Below the pieces are notes generated by a model. The model did no database searches, had not been told where the DNA came from, and saw only the letters and a list, made by a program, of their open reading frames with translations. A stretch of 64,000 nt of DNA from Squalus acanthias. Its lineage: Eukaryota. Where the stretch lies: assembly GCA_030390025.1 (NCBI GenBank), contig CM059430.1, positions 39,804,001 through 39,868,000 of the forward strand. The letters are read 5' to 3'. The position numbers and the translations under genes are program-made. Of this stretch, positions 26,814 through 40,234 are shown one piece after another. Position 1 is the first letter of the stretch, and every line of letters starts with the position of its first letter.

Positions 26814-27525
26814 GTGCCTGAGGAACAGAGTGTTTGAAGACCAGGACCTCAAACCCGGCACTAAGCTCATGGTCTACAGAGCAGCAGTGATACCCGCCCT
26901 GCTGTATGCCTCAGAGACATGGACCATGTACAGCAGGCACCTCAAAGCACTGGAGCGGTACCACCAACGCTGCCTCCGCAAGATCTTGCAAATCCATTGG
27001 CAGGATAGGCGCAGCAACGTCAGTGTTCTCGCTCAGGCCAACATCCCCAGCATCGAAGCTTTGACCACGCTGGATCAGCTCCGATGGACGGGTCACATCA
27101 TCCGCATGCCCGATACGAGACTCCCAAAACAAGCGCTCTACTCGGAGCTCCGACACGGCAAGAGAGCCCCAGGTGGGCAGAGGAAATGCTTCAAGGACAC
27201 CCTCAAAGCTTCCTTGAAAAAGTGTAACATCCCCACCGACACCTGGGAATCCCTGGCCCAAGACCACACAAAGTGGAGGAGAAGCATCCGGGAAGGCGCC
27301 GAACACCTCGAGTCTCTTCGCCGGGAGCAAGCGGAAGCCAAGCGCAGGCAGCACAAGGAGCGCACGTCAACCCAAGCACCCCACCCACCCGCCCCTTCAA
27401 CCACCGTCTGCCCCACCTGTGACAGAGACTGTAGGTCCCGCATTGGACTCATCAGTCACCTGCGAACTCATTTTTAACGTGGAAGCAAGTCATCCTCGGT
27501 TCCGAGGGACTGCCTAAGAAGAAGA
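26814..27525 (+). mobile_element. RTE (BovB-like) LINE, 5'-truncated, 12-bp TSD
   Basis: Intact 215-aa ORF (VYRAAVIPALLYASETW...RLPKQALYSEL...C2H2 CPTCDRDCRSRIGLISHLRTH); (AAG)n tail; AGTGGTGTAGAG at 26802-26813 and 27526-27537. Confidence 0.92.
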
Positions 27526-27810
27526 AGTGGTGTAGAGCTTTGGGAACCAAAGGTCCAAAGTCACCTTTTTCCTCCCAAGCTTGCTGCATTTACCACGCCT
27601 GTCTCAAATTACTCATATATAGCCCCAGGACATCACTGCAGGAGTGCCTCAGGGCAATGTCCTAGGCCCAACCATCTTCAGCTGCTTCATTAATGACCTT
27701 CCCTCCATCATAAGGTCAGAAGTGGGGATTGCACAGTGTTCAGTACCATTCGCAACTCTTCAAATAATGAAGCAGTCCATGCCCGCATGCAGCAAGACCT
27801 GGACAATATT

Positions 27811-30800
27811 GAATAACTAGGGCTGTAGAGTGGGCTTTAAACTAATTAGTGGGGGGGAGGTTTCAAGAGAGCAAAAAATAAAAATGTCAGCGGAGAAGGC
27901 AATAGAGCAAAGTAGCAGTGGGGTAATTAAAAACCAGAGTGTGTCAGGAAGGGACAGAATATATAAAGATAAAGGTAAAGTAGTAAAGGGGGTAAAAGCA
28001 GGAATAAATTGTCACAAAACATATTTAAAAGTTCTTTATCTGAATGCACGCAGCATTCGTAACGAAATAGATGAGTTGACGGTACAAATAACTACACATG
28101 GGTATGATCTGGTGGCCATTACAGAATCATGGCTGCAAGGTGACCATGACTGGGAACTAAACATATAGGGGTATTTGACTATTAGGAAGGACAGACAGGA
28201 AGGAAAGGGAGGTGGGGTGGCTTTGTTAATAAAGGATGGAATCACTGCAATAGTGAGAAATGATATGGGTCAAAGGATCAGGATAGTGAAACAGTTTGGG
28301 TGGAGATAAGGAATAATAAGGGGAAAAAGTCACTAGTGGGCGTAGTCTATAGGCCTCCTAACAGTTGCAACTCAATTGGTCGGAGTATTAATCAGGAAAT
28401 AGTTGGGGCTTGTAATAAGGGAACAGCTATAATCATGGGAGATTTTAACTTTCATATTGACTGGACAAATCAAATTGGGCAGGGCAGCCTTGAGGAAGAG
28501 TTCATAGAGTGCATTAGGGACGGGTTCCTTGAGCAGTATGTTACTGAACCAACCAGGGGGCAGGCAATCTTAGATCTGGTCCTGTGTAATGAGACAGGAT
28601 TAATAAAAAATGTCCTAGTAAAGGATCCCCTTGGAATGAGTGACCATAACATGGTTGAATTCCAAATTCAGTTGGAGGGTGAGAGAGTTGGATCTCAAAC
28701 CAGCGTACTAAGCCTAAATAAAGGAGACTATAAAGGTATGAGAGCAGAGTTGACTAAAGTGGACTGGGAAAATAAATTAAGGTGTAAGACGGTACAGGAG
28801 CAGTGGTGTACATTCAAGGAGGTATTTCGCAACTTTCAAGAAAAATATATTCCACTGAGGAAAAAGGGGCGTAAAAGAAAAGACAGCCATCCGTGGCTAA
28901 GTGAAGTAATAAAGGATAGTATCTGACTAAAAACAAGGGCTTATAAAGTAGCCAAATCTAGTGGGAGGATAGAAGATTGGGAAGCATTTAAAAACCAGCA
29001 AAGAATAACTAAAAGATTAATTAAGAAAGGGAAGATAGATTATGAAAGTAAACTAGCAAAAAATATAAAAACAGATAGCAAGAGTTTCTACAGTTATATA
29101 AAAAGAAAAAGGGTGGCTAAAGTGAATGTTGGTCCCTTAGAGGATGAGACCGGGAAATTAGTAGTGGGGAACATGGAGATGGCAAATATGCTGAACAAAT
29201 ATTTTGTATCAGTCTTTACAGTAGAGGACACTAAAAATATCCCAACATTGGACAAACAAGGGGCTATAGGGGGGGAGGAGCTAAACACGATTAAAATCAC
29301 TAAGGAGATGGTACTCGGTAAGATAATGGGACTTAAGGCGGATAAATCCCCATGATCTGATGGCTTACATCCTAGGGTCTTGAGAGAAGTTGCGGTAGGG
29401 ATTGCGGATGCATTGGTGGTAATTTTCCAAAACTCCCTGGATTCAGGAAAGGTCCCAGCAGATTGGAAAACTGCTAATGTAACACCCTTATTTAAAAAGG
29501 GAGGTAGACAAAAGGCTGGAAACTATAGACCAGTTAGCCTAACATCTGTGGTTGGTAAAATGTTGGAGTCCATTATTAAGGATGCGGTAACAGGACATTT
29601 GGATAAGCATAACTTAATCGGACAGAGTCAGCATGGTTTTATGAAGGGGAAATCATGCTTGACAAATTTGCTCGAATTCTTTGAGGACGTAACAAACAAG
29701 GTGGATAAAGGGGAATCAGTGGATGTGGTGTATTTGGACTTCCAAAAGGCATTTGACAAGGTACCACACAAAAGATTACTGCACAAGATAAAAAATCATG
29801 GGATTGGGGGTAATATACTGGCATGGGTGGAAGATTGGCTATCTAACAAAAAACAGAGAGTTGGGATAAATGGTTCATTCTCGGGTTGGCAATCAGTAAC
29901 TAGTGGTGTTCCGCAGGGGTCAGTGCTGGGACCCTAACTCTTTACAATCTATATTAACGATTTGGAGGAGGGGACCAAGTGCAATGTATCCAAGTTTGCA
30001 GACGATACAAAGATGGGAGGAAAAGCAGTGAGTGAGGAGGACATAAAAAACCTGCAAAAGGACATAGACAGGCTAAGTGAGTGGGCAGAAATTTGGCAGA
30101 TGGAATATAATGTTGGAAAGTGTGAGGTTATGCACTTTGGCAGAAAAAATCAAAGAGCAAGTTATTATCTAAATGGAAAGAAACTGCAAAGTGCTACAGT
30201 ACAAAGGGATCTGGGGGTCCTGGTGCATGAAACACAGAAGGTTAGTATGCAGGTACAGCAGGTGATCAGGAAGGCCAATGGAATCTTGGCTTTTATTGCA
30301 AGGGGGATGGAGTATAAAAGCAGGGAAGTCTTGCTTCAGCTATACAGGGTACTGGTGAGGCCACACCTGGAATACTGCGTACAGTTTTGGTTTCCATATT
30401 TAAGAAAAGATATACTTGCTCTAGAGGCAGTTCAGAGAAGGTTCACTCGGTTGATTCTGGAGATGAGGGGGTTGACTTATGATGAAAGGTTGAGTAGGTT
30501 GGGCCTCTACTCATTGGAATACAGAAGAATGAGAGGCGATCTTATCGAAACATATAAGATTGTGAGAGGGCTTGATCGGGTGGATGCGGGGAGGATGTTT
30601 CCACTGATGGGTGAGACTAGAACTAGGGGGCATAATCTTAGAATAAGGGGCTGCCGTTTCAAAACTGAGATGAGGAGAAACTTCTTCACTCAGAGGGTAG
30701 TAAATCTATGGAATTTGCTACCTCAGAGAGCTGTGGAAGCTGCGACATTAAATAAATTTAAAACGGAGATAGACAGTTTCCTAGCTGATAAGGGAATGAA

Positions 30801-30934
30801 GGGTTATGGGGAGCGGGCAGGGAAGTGGACGTGAGTCTAGGTTCGGATCAGCCATGATCCTATTGAATGGCGGAGCAGGCCCGAAGGGTCGTATGGCCTA
30901 CTCCTGCTCCTACTTCTTATGTTCTTATGTTCTT
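27811..30934 (+). mobile_element. CR1 LINE with nearly complete ORF2 (APE endonuclease + RT), several stops/frameshifts, 6-bp TSD
   Basis: YLNARSIRN...AITESW, MGDFN, SDHN, YLDFQKAFD, GVPQGSVLGP, FADD; (TTCTTATG)n tail; AATATT at 27805-27810 and 30935-30940. Confidence 0.95.
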
Positions 30935-30974
30935 AATATTCAGGCTTGGGCTGATAAGTGGCAAGTAACATTCA

Positions 30975-33560
30975 CAACAACGACAGCAACAACAACTTGT
31001 ATTTATATAGTGCCTTTAACATAGTAAAACATCCCAATGCACTTCACAGGAATATTAAAAGACAAAAAATGTTGACATCGAGCCATATAAGGAGAAATTA
31101 GGGCAGGTGACCAAAAGCTTGGTCAAAGAGGTAGGTTTTAAGGAGCGTCTTAAAGGAGGAAAGAGAGGTAGCAAGGCAGCGAGGTTTAGGCAGGGAATTC
31201 CAGAGCTTAGGGCCTAGGCAACAGAAGGCCGCCCACCAATGGTTGAGCGATTATAATCAGGGATGCTCAAGAGGGCAGAATTAGAGGAGCGCAGATATCT
31301 CGGGGGGTTGTGGGGCTGAAGGAGATTACAGAGATAGGGAGGGGCGAGGCCATGGAGGGATTTGAAAACAAGGATGAGTATTTTGAAATCGAGACGTTGC
31401 TTAACGGGGAACCAATGTAGGTCAGCGAGCACAGGGGTGATGGGTGAACGGGACTTGGTGCAAGTTAGGACACGGGCAGCCAAGTTTTAGATGACCTCAA
31501 AGTTTACATAGGGTAGAATGTGGGAGGCCAGCCAGGAGTGCGTTGGAATAGTCTAGAGGCAACAAAGGCATGGGTTTCAGCAGCAGATGAGCTGAGGCAA
31601 GGGCGGAGATAGGCGATGTTACGGAGGTGGAAATAGGCGGTCTTAATTATGCTGCGGATATGTGGTTGGAAGCTCATTTCCGGGTCAAATATGACACCAA
31701 GGTTGCGAACAGTGTGGTTCAGCCTCAGACAGATGCTAGGGAGAGGGATGGAGTCAGTGGCTAGGGAAAGAAGTTTGTGGCGGGGTCCGAAAACAATGGC
31801 TTCGGTCTTCCCAATATTTCATCGGAGAAAATTTCTGCTCATCCAGTACTGGATGTCGGACAAGCAGTCTGACAATTTAGAGACCGTGGAGAAGTTGAGA
31901 GAAGTGGTAGTGAGGTAGAGCTGGGTGTCGTTAGCGTACATGTGGAAACTGACGCTGTGTTTTCAGATGATGTCGCCAAGGGGCAACATGTAGATGAGAA
32001 ATGGGAGGGGGCCAAGGATAGTTCCTTGGGGGACACCAGAGGTTACGATGCAGGAGCAGGAAGAGAAGTCGTTGCAGGTGATTCTCTGGCAATGATTAGA
32101 TAGATAAGAATGGAACCAGGTGAGTGCAGTCCCACCCAGCTGGATGACAGTGGAAAGCGTTGGAGAAGGATGGAGTGGTCAACCATGTCAAAGGCTGCAG
32201 ACAAGTCAAGAAGAATGAGGAGGGATAGTTTACCTTTGTCACAGTCACAAAGGATTTCATTTGTGACTTTGATGAGAGCCATTTTGGTACTGTGGCAGGG
32301 GCGGAAATCTGATTGGAGGGATTCAAACATGGAATTGCGGGAAAGATGGGCACGGATTTGGGAGACAACAACACGTTCAAGAACTTTGGAGAGGAAAGGG
32401 ATGTTGGAGATGGGGCAGTAGTTTGCAAGGATGGAGGGGTCAAGGGTTGGTTTTTTGAGGAGAGGAGTGATGACGGCAGATTTGAGGGAGAGGGGGACAG
32501 TACCTGAGGAGAGAAAACCGTTAACAATGTCAGCTAACATAGGAGTCTGAAAAAGAAGTTGGGTGGTCAGCAATTTGGTGGGAATAGGGTCGAGGGAGCA
32601 GGAAGTAGGTCTCATGGCCAAGATGAGTGCAGAGAGGGCATGAGGGGAGATCGGAGAGAAACTGGAGAAAGATGTGAGTTCAGGGCTAGGGCAGGGGGGA
32701 CCTTAGAGGAAGTTTGGCCCGGTGGGCTAGGGGAAGGAAGGGAAGTGGCAGAGGCAGCTGAATGGATGGTCTCAATCTTAGAGACAAAGAAGTCCATAAG
32801 GGTAAGGTGTCATCACCCCTCAACCAAGTTTCCGTCAGGGCATGATGTCGAAGCAATCATCCACAATAAACTCATGGATGGCAAGGGCTTTGTTCACAAG
32901 AAAACGGACATTCTGGAGGGAGATGTGGAGAGGGTCGGTGATGGCTGCCCCACTGCCAGCGTCCACAGGGTCAGCGCTGGTGGGGGGGATGAGTTGGATG
33001 GGGAGGAGATTGTCAAGATTTGCCCCCAGTGGCCGCGCTAGATGGGAAGGTCTGCGAGAGAGTAGGATGGGACAGTTGGGGTTGCTGCTCGTAAGGCGGC
33101 AGCGACGAGTGCCTCGATGGGCCCTTCGTAGGATGCCAAGAGAGGCACAGAGGGAAGCTGTGGGCTTATCTAAGAGGGAGTCAAGCCTGGGGCGGTGGCA
33201 GGAGAGCAGGAAGGTCGAAGAGTAATGAAGGATTGGGGTAGGGATTTGGGAGGGCAGAGTATCCGAGAGAGGAGAGATGAAAGGAGGCATGACGACAGGA
33301 GAGTGCGGTCAGGGAGGGATAGAGAGAAAAGGAAAATAGGGGGAAAAGTGGAAAAGTATTAATTGGCTCAGGTCCGGAGCGGCAGCCAAAGTGCGCACGT
33401 GAATGGACATGGGAAAAGCTCAGGTTACATAGGCCTGTTTAAATGTAATAATTAATGGAATACATATTTTCTGGTACCAGGGAATAAGTTGGAGACAATA
33501 GTAGGAAGACCAAGGTCAAAGTCAGAGGTCCCATGGAGGGACAAAGCCGACGTAAGCAGG
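30975..33560 (-). mobile_element. L2 LINE retaining its 5' region, with a large internal deletion near 32797; 5-bp TSD
   Basis: N-terminal LGILRRAHRGTRR...ISLQNVR..VNKA; RT LDPIPT...LLDLSAAFD; LHWFPVKQRLDFKIL; (GTT)n tail; ATTCA at 30970-30974 and 33561-33565. Confidence 0.9.
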
Positions 33561-36037
33561 ATTCATGCCACAGAAGTGCCAGGCAATGACTATCTCCAAC
33601 AAGCGAGAGTCTAACCACTGCCCCTTGACATTCAAGGGCATTACCATCACCGAATCCCACACTATCAACATCCTGGGGGTCACTATTGACCAGAAATTCA
33701 ACTGGACCAGCCACATAAATACTGTGGCTACAAGAGCAGGTCAGAGGCTGGATATTGTGCGGCGAGTGTCTCACCTTCTGACTCCCCAAAGCCTTTCCAC
33801 CATCTACAAGGCACAAGTCAGGAGTGTGATGGTATACTCTCCACTTGCCTGGATGAGTGCAGCTCCAACAACACTCAAGAAGCTCGACACCATCCAGAAC
33901 AAAGCAGCCCACTTGATTGGCACCCCATCCACCACCTTAAACATTCACTCCCTCCACCACTGGCGCACCGTGGCTGCAGTGTGTACCATCTACAAGATGC
34001 ACTGCAGCAACTTGCCAAGGCTTCTTCGGCAGCACCTCCCAAACCCGCGACCTCTACCACCTAGGACAAGGGCAGCAGATGCATGGGAACGCCACCACCT
34101 CCAAGTTCCCCTCCAAGTCACATACCATCCTGACATGGAAATATATCATCATTCCTTCATTGTCACTGGGTCAAAATCCTGGAAAATCCTCCCAAACAGC
34201 ACTATGGGAGTACCTTCACCACAGGGACTACAGCGGCTCAAGAAGGTGGTTCACCACCACCTTCTCAAGGGCAATTAGGGATGGGCAATAAATGCTGGCC
34301 TTGCCAGGGACACCCACATCCCAGGAAGGAATAAAAAAAAATACTGTATCCCAAAATGTTATTTTCTGAAAGAAGACTATCTCATTTGCATTTGAATGAG
34401 TGAACTTTTCTGTCAAAATAGCTTTGTGTCCTGAAATATTTGCCTTCCAACACTAACAAGAGTGTGGATGGCAAGATTGGCACAACAAACTGCCAGGACA
34501 GATAAAAAGATTAAAAGCTTCTAGGAACAATTCACTATCTGCTGGAGTGAGACTCCGTAGCTGCACTGGTCCCTTTATGGGCCTCCAAGTTTGAGGGTTA
34601 TGTGAGGACCATAAATCACATCATTACCAGGGTCCTCTACGACACTGATTACCAGCTCTGTAGGAATAATTCGTAATAATGTCATAATTCCAGCAATTTC
34701 ACGATCACCATTAAGTTCAATGGGGAGCCTAATGGCGAGAACAAACATTTATCGGCTTTGGCGAGACAAACGACGGAATGGCGCAAATCATGCAGAAATT
34801 TGCGGAGGATTGGAACGGATCATGTGTCTCTTTTACTCTGCCAATTGCTGGATTTTTCAGGAATGAATAATGCTGAGTGCCATTAACGCATCATTCGAAT
34901 GGCATGAATTCCCGACAATTTCTAGCCCATTATGTCAGCTAATGTACAAAAGAGCCTCAGCGGAAAAAATAAATAACAAAAAAAAATCAACACACAATGT
35001 CTTGTGGCTATAAAGGGAAAATTCTGACTAACCGCAACAAGACCGAAATGTAACATCTTACTTTGTTTCCTTAAGGTGGTCTTTTCTTTATTTTTCATAG
35101 TAGATGTCACTTATTTCGAAAACTCTGAATTTGGTTCAGGTAAAAGCAGTTTGGATTTAGCTATTCCTGTTCCTTTATGTTAAAAAAACCCATAAATGCC
35201 AAAGATCCCCTTCCCCTGCCCACACATTTTATTGGGCCTGTGACCAATCATGGGGTATGTTCGCAGTCTTTGGTCAATACTTGCCATAACAAATACAACC
35301 ATTCCATGAAAATGGATGTACTGAACTCTGTGGCAATCGCTGGAAATAAATTACTGAAGAACTTTCCAGTGCAGAACTGAAACCACTGTCGTAGGATTTA
35401 AGGAATATAATTACACAACATTCTGCATAGTTACCCTACATTAGATTTTCTCTTTAACACAAAACTCGAGCCTGTGTGTTAAACATCAAGTGAGTAAAAC
35501 TTCCAGTAATTCACGAAGTATTAAGTTCCCCCAGATGTTCACATTCCTCTTTTTGTTGCTAAAAATGATTCTTTAAGGTATATCACATGTAGTTCATTTC
35601 TCTTATTAATGGGGAAGTGGTTGCAAAATGGTTCCATACCATCTGACAACAATTATCAGTAAAATTAGTATGAAGTGGATCTAATGGCAGTAACCATTGG
35701 AGACACAAATGAAGCATGGTATATTTTAGTAGAAGGTCATTCTTAGTAGCAGAAGCATGAACTAAGCATCTGAAGAACTGACAGAATCATTTGAAATACA
35801 ATTAAAATTTTCCTCTTCTAATTTTAAAATATGGCCTGGGGCATTCGTTTGAGACTTGATTCGCAGCCGTGAAAACACTATTCATGTGGTAATCTGATTA
35901 ATAAGTTTTGTGCTTTGGGAAATAGATTGATGTTGTAAGGACAATGGATAAAAATGAGGCTCTCCTGTAGAACATGAGGCCTAGCCGTAATATTTTACAT
36001 GGGGTGAACAGCGATAGGTTTGTGTAGTAAGTGGGAA

Positions 36038-39000
36038 TTTTTTTTTTTAATTCATTCGTGGGATGTGGGCGTCGCTGGCAAGGCCAGCATTTATTGCCCA
36101 TCCCTAGTTGCCCTTGAGAAGGTGATGGTGAGCCGCTTTCTTGAACCGCTGCAGTCCGTGTGGTGAGGGTACTCTCACAGTGCTGTTAGGGAGGGAGTTC
36201 CAGGATTTTGACCCAGCGACGATGGAAGAAAAGTGATAGATTTCCAAGTCAGGATGGTGTGTGACTTGGAGGGGAACATGGAGGCGGTGGTGTTCCCATA
36301 CGCCTGCTGCCCTTGTCCTTCTAGGTGGTAGAGGTCGCGGGTTTGGAAAGTGCAGCCGAAGAAGCCTTGGCGAGTTGCTGCAGTGCATCTTGTAGATGGT
36401 ACACACTGCAGCCACGGTACGCCAGTGGTGGAGGGAGTGAATGTTTAAGGTGGTGGATGGGGTGCCAATCAAGTGGGCTACTTTGTCCTGGATGGTGTTG
36501 AGCTTCTTGTGTTGTTGGAGCTGCACTCATCCAGGCAAGTGGAGAGTATTCCATCACACTCCTTACTTGTGCCTTGTAGATGGTGGAAAGGCTTTGGGGA
36601 CTCAGGAGGTGAGACACTCGCCACAGAATACCCAGCCTCTGACCTGCTCTTATTGCCACAGTATTTATGTGGCTGGTCCAGTTAACTTTCTGGTCAATGG
36701 TGACCCCCAGGATGTTGATGGTGGGGGAATCGGTGATGGTAATGCCCTTGAATATCAAGGGGTAGTGATTAGACTCTCGCTTGTTGGAGATAGTCATTGC
36801 CTGGCACTTGTGTGGCGCGAATGTTACCTGCCACTTATCAGCCCAAGCCTGAATGTCGTCCAGGTCTTGTTGTATGCGGGCATGGACTGCTTCATTATCT
36901 GAGGAGTTGCAAATGGCACTGAACACTGTGCAGTCATCAGTGAACATTCCCATTTCTGACCTTATGTTGGAGGGAAGGTCACTGATGAAGCAGCTGAAGA
37001 TGGTTGGGCCTAGGACACTGCCCTGAGGAACTCCTGCAGCGATGTCCTGGCTGAGAGGATTGACCTCCAACCACCACAACCATCTTCCTTTGTGCTAGGT
37101 ATGACTCCAGCCAGTGGAGAGTGTTCCCCCCGATTCCCATTGACTTCAGTTTTACTAGGGCTCCTTGATGCCACACTCGGTCAAATGCTGCCTTGATGTC
37201 AAGGGCAGTCACTCTCACCTCACCTCTGGAATTCAGCTCCTTTGTCCATGTATGGACCAAGGCTGTAATGAGGTCTGGAGCCGAGTGGTCCTGATGGAAC
37301 CCAAACTGGGCATCAGTGAGCAGGTTATTGGTGAGTAAGTGCCGCTTGATAGCATTGTCGATGACACCTTCCATCACTTTGCTGATGATTGAGAGTAGAC
37401 TGATGGTGTGGTAATTGGCCGGATTGGATTTGTCCTGCTTTTTGTGGACAGGACATACCTGGGCAGTTTTCCACATTGTCGAATAGATGCCAGTGTTGTA
37501 GCTGTACTGGAACAGCTTGGCTAGAGGCGCGGCTAGTTCTGGAGCACAAGTCTTCAGCACGTCAGCCGGGATGTTGCCGGGGCTCATAGCCTTTGCTGTA
37601 TCCAGTGCGCTCAGCCGTTTCTTGATATCATGTGGAGTGAATCGAATTGGCTGAAGACTGGCTTCTGTGATGGTGGGGACCAGAGGAGGAGGCCAATTGT
37701 GATCATCCACTCGGCACTTCTGGCTGAAGATGATTGCAAATGCTTCAGCCTTGTCTTTTGCACTCACGTGCTGGGCTCCACCATCATTGAGGATGGGGAT
37801 ATTCATGGAGCCTCCTCCTCCCGTTAGTTGTTTAATGGTCCACCACCATTCACGACTGGATGCGGCAGGACTGCAGAGCTTTGATCTGATCCATTGATTG
37901 TGGGATCGCTTAGCCCTGTCTATAGCATGCTGCTTCCGCTTTTTAGCATGCATGTAGTCCTGTGTTGCAGCTTCCCCAGGTTGGCACCTCATTTTTAGAT
38001 ACACCTGGTGCTGCTCCTGGCATGCTCTTCTACACTCCTTATTGAACCAGGGTTGGTCCCCTGGCTTGATGGTAATGGTAGAGTGAGGGATATGCTGGGC
38101 CATGAGGTTATAGATTGTGGTGGAATACAATTCTGCTGCTGCTGATGGCCCACAGCGCCTCATGGATTCCCAGTTTTGAGCTGCTAGATCTGTTCTGAAT
38201 CTGTCCCATTTAGCACAGTGGTAGTGCCACACAACACGATGGAGGGTGTCCTCAGTGTGAAGATGGGACTTCATCTCCACAATGACTGTGCGGTGGTCAC
38301 TGCTATCAATGCTGTCATGGACAGATGCATCTGCAACAGGTAGATTGGTCAAGTAGGTTTTTCCCTCGTGTTGGTTCTCTCACCACCCGTCGCAGGCTCA
38401 GACTGGCAGCTATGTCCTTCAGGACTCGGCCAGCAGTGGTGCTACCAAGCCACTCTTAGGTGATGGACATTGAATCCCCCACCCAAAATACATTCTGTGC
38501 CCTTGCTACTCTCAGTGCTTCTTCCAAGTGGTGTTCAACATGGAGGAGTACTGATTCATCAGCTGAGGGAGGGCAGTAGGTGGTAATCAGCAGGAGGTTT
38601 CCTTGCCTATGCTTGAGAGTTCATGGGGTCCAGAGTCAATGCAAGGGCCACTCCTTCCTGACTGTATACCACTGTGCCACCACCCTGGTGGGTCTGTCCT
38701 GCCGGTGGGACAGGACATACCCAGGGATGGTGATGGAGGAGTTTGGGACATTGGCTGAAAGATATGATTCTGTGAGTATAACTATGTCAGGCTGTTGCTT
38801 GACTAGTCTGTGAGACAGCTCTCCCAATTTTGGCACAAGTCCCCAGATGTTGGTGAGGAGGACTTTGCAGGGTTGACTGAGCTGGGTGTGCCATTGTCGT
38901 GTCCGTAGCCAGTGCCGAGGTCGATGCCGGGTGGTCCGTCCGGTTTTATTCTTGTAGCAGTTTGTTACAACTGAATGGCTTGCTAGGCCATTTCAGAGGG

Positions 39001-39269
39001 CAGTTAAGAGTCAACCACATTGCTGTGGGTCTGGAGTCACATATAGGCTGGGACAGCAGATTTCTATCCCTAAAGGACATTAGTGAACCAGTTAGGTTTT
39101 TACAGCAATCCGATAGTTTCTTGGTCACCATTACTGATACCAGGTTTATTTAATTAACTGAATTTAAATTCCCCAGCTGCCGTGGTGGGATTTGAACTCA
39201 TGTCTCTGGATCATTTGTCCAGGCCTCTGGTTACCAGTCCAGTAACATAACCACTATGCTACCGTTCCC
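36038..39269 (-). mobile_element. Near full-length Zenon/jockey-like LINE (EN+RT, disrupted) with a tRNA-SINE-like 5' end
   Basis: EN start VLLTNIWGLVPK...PDIVILTESY at about 38870; SSDH; LKTCAPELAAPLAKLF; ALDIKAAFDRVWH; GVPQGSVLGP; FTDD; 3' UTR and poly(A) at 36038-36103. Confidence 0.88.
38960..39269 (-). promoter_or_regulatory. tRNA-derived head with Pol III A and B boxes plus SINE-like body
   Basis: Minus strand GGGAACGG-TAGCATAGTGG (A box, 39251-39261)...GAGTTCAAATCC (B box, 39188-39199). Confidence 0.75.
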
Positions 39270-40234
39270 AAATGCTGTCCCTCAATGCTGTTTGTGCTTC
39301 TCAGTGTTAATTTGAAGTGAGCTCTACAGTAACAAGAACATGCACCAATCAGCTGTGTAAAATATATAAAGTAAAAATACTTTAAATACTGATGACAAAA
39401 GACCTCCACCCTCTCCCAAAAAGAACTGAACCTGTTTTTATTCTTTTCCAAGAATACTCTGAATTTGAAAGAATTTTTATGATTCCATATATTTGCAATC
39501 CAGGTTTGAATATTGAACATAAGAGATCACAGGAATTGTATATTTTATTCTGTACTCAGTAGGTTCCAGAGTTTCCTCTCTGTGGTATGTTTAGAGCAGT
39601 GAAAGAATGAAAACGATCTGATGTGTCTAAGACAGATCAACAGAGCAGGAAGGACAACCCACTTCCCCTAGCGTTTCCCTTTTTTAAATGTATAGTTGAA
39701 GAAATATGCAGCATGCCAAGTTTCCAAGACGGGAACTTCCCAGTTTTTCTGAGGACACTGTACACTTCTTGTGTGTCTGTCAATGATTTCAGTAAAGTAC
39801 ACACAGAGTTGTAATTTATTTTGTGTGAAATTTTTTGTATTAGCTCTGTATCAAGTTTTTTAAAGCAGGGGAAATATTTATTGTATTTTATCTTCATTTG
39901 TATGTTATTGATTTTTTCTGTCGGTGCTGGGGAATGGAACACTTGGTGCTTATTGCTGACATCTGTTGCATACTCAGGTGAGGTATAACAGGGTTAGACA
40001 CAGAATAAGCTTCCTCTACTCTGTACACTTTGTTCTAGAAATTCATAAATATTATATATACATATGTAGGTTAACACTCCATTTTGCATTAACTATATTG
40101 AGTACACAGGCTGTTGATGTCTCCATGGCATCAGCTGCCAACAAAAGAAATGGATAATAACAGATTAAAACACACCACAAACTCCACAGACTAGGTGTGT
40201 ATGTATAAATAGATACATGGAGAGATGTACATCA

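Larger units (their letters stand above)
27622..34341 (+). mobile_element. 5'-truncated Zenon/jockey-like (CR1-L2 group) LINE split into three pieces: 27622-27810, 30935-30974, 33561-34341
   Basis: Pieces join seamlessly (gacctggacaatattcaggcttgggctgataagtggcaagtaacattcatgccacag) and match the copy at 36038-39269; ORF 33565-34278; poly(A) tail. Confidence 0.85.

Noticed and set aside
39170-39269. Functional tRNA gene (also SINE heads near 20435 and 61097)
   Set aside because: A/B boxes are present but there is no clean cloverleaf, and each continues into a retroposon body.
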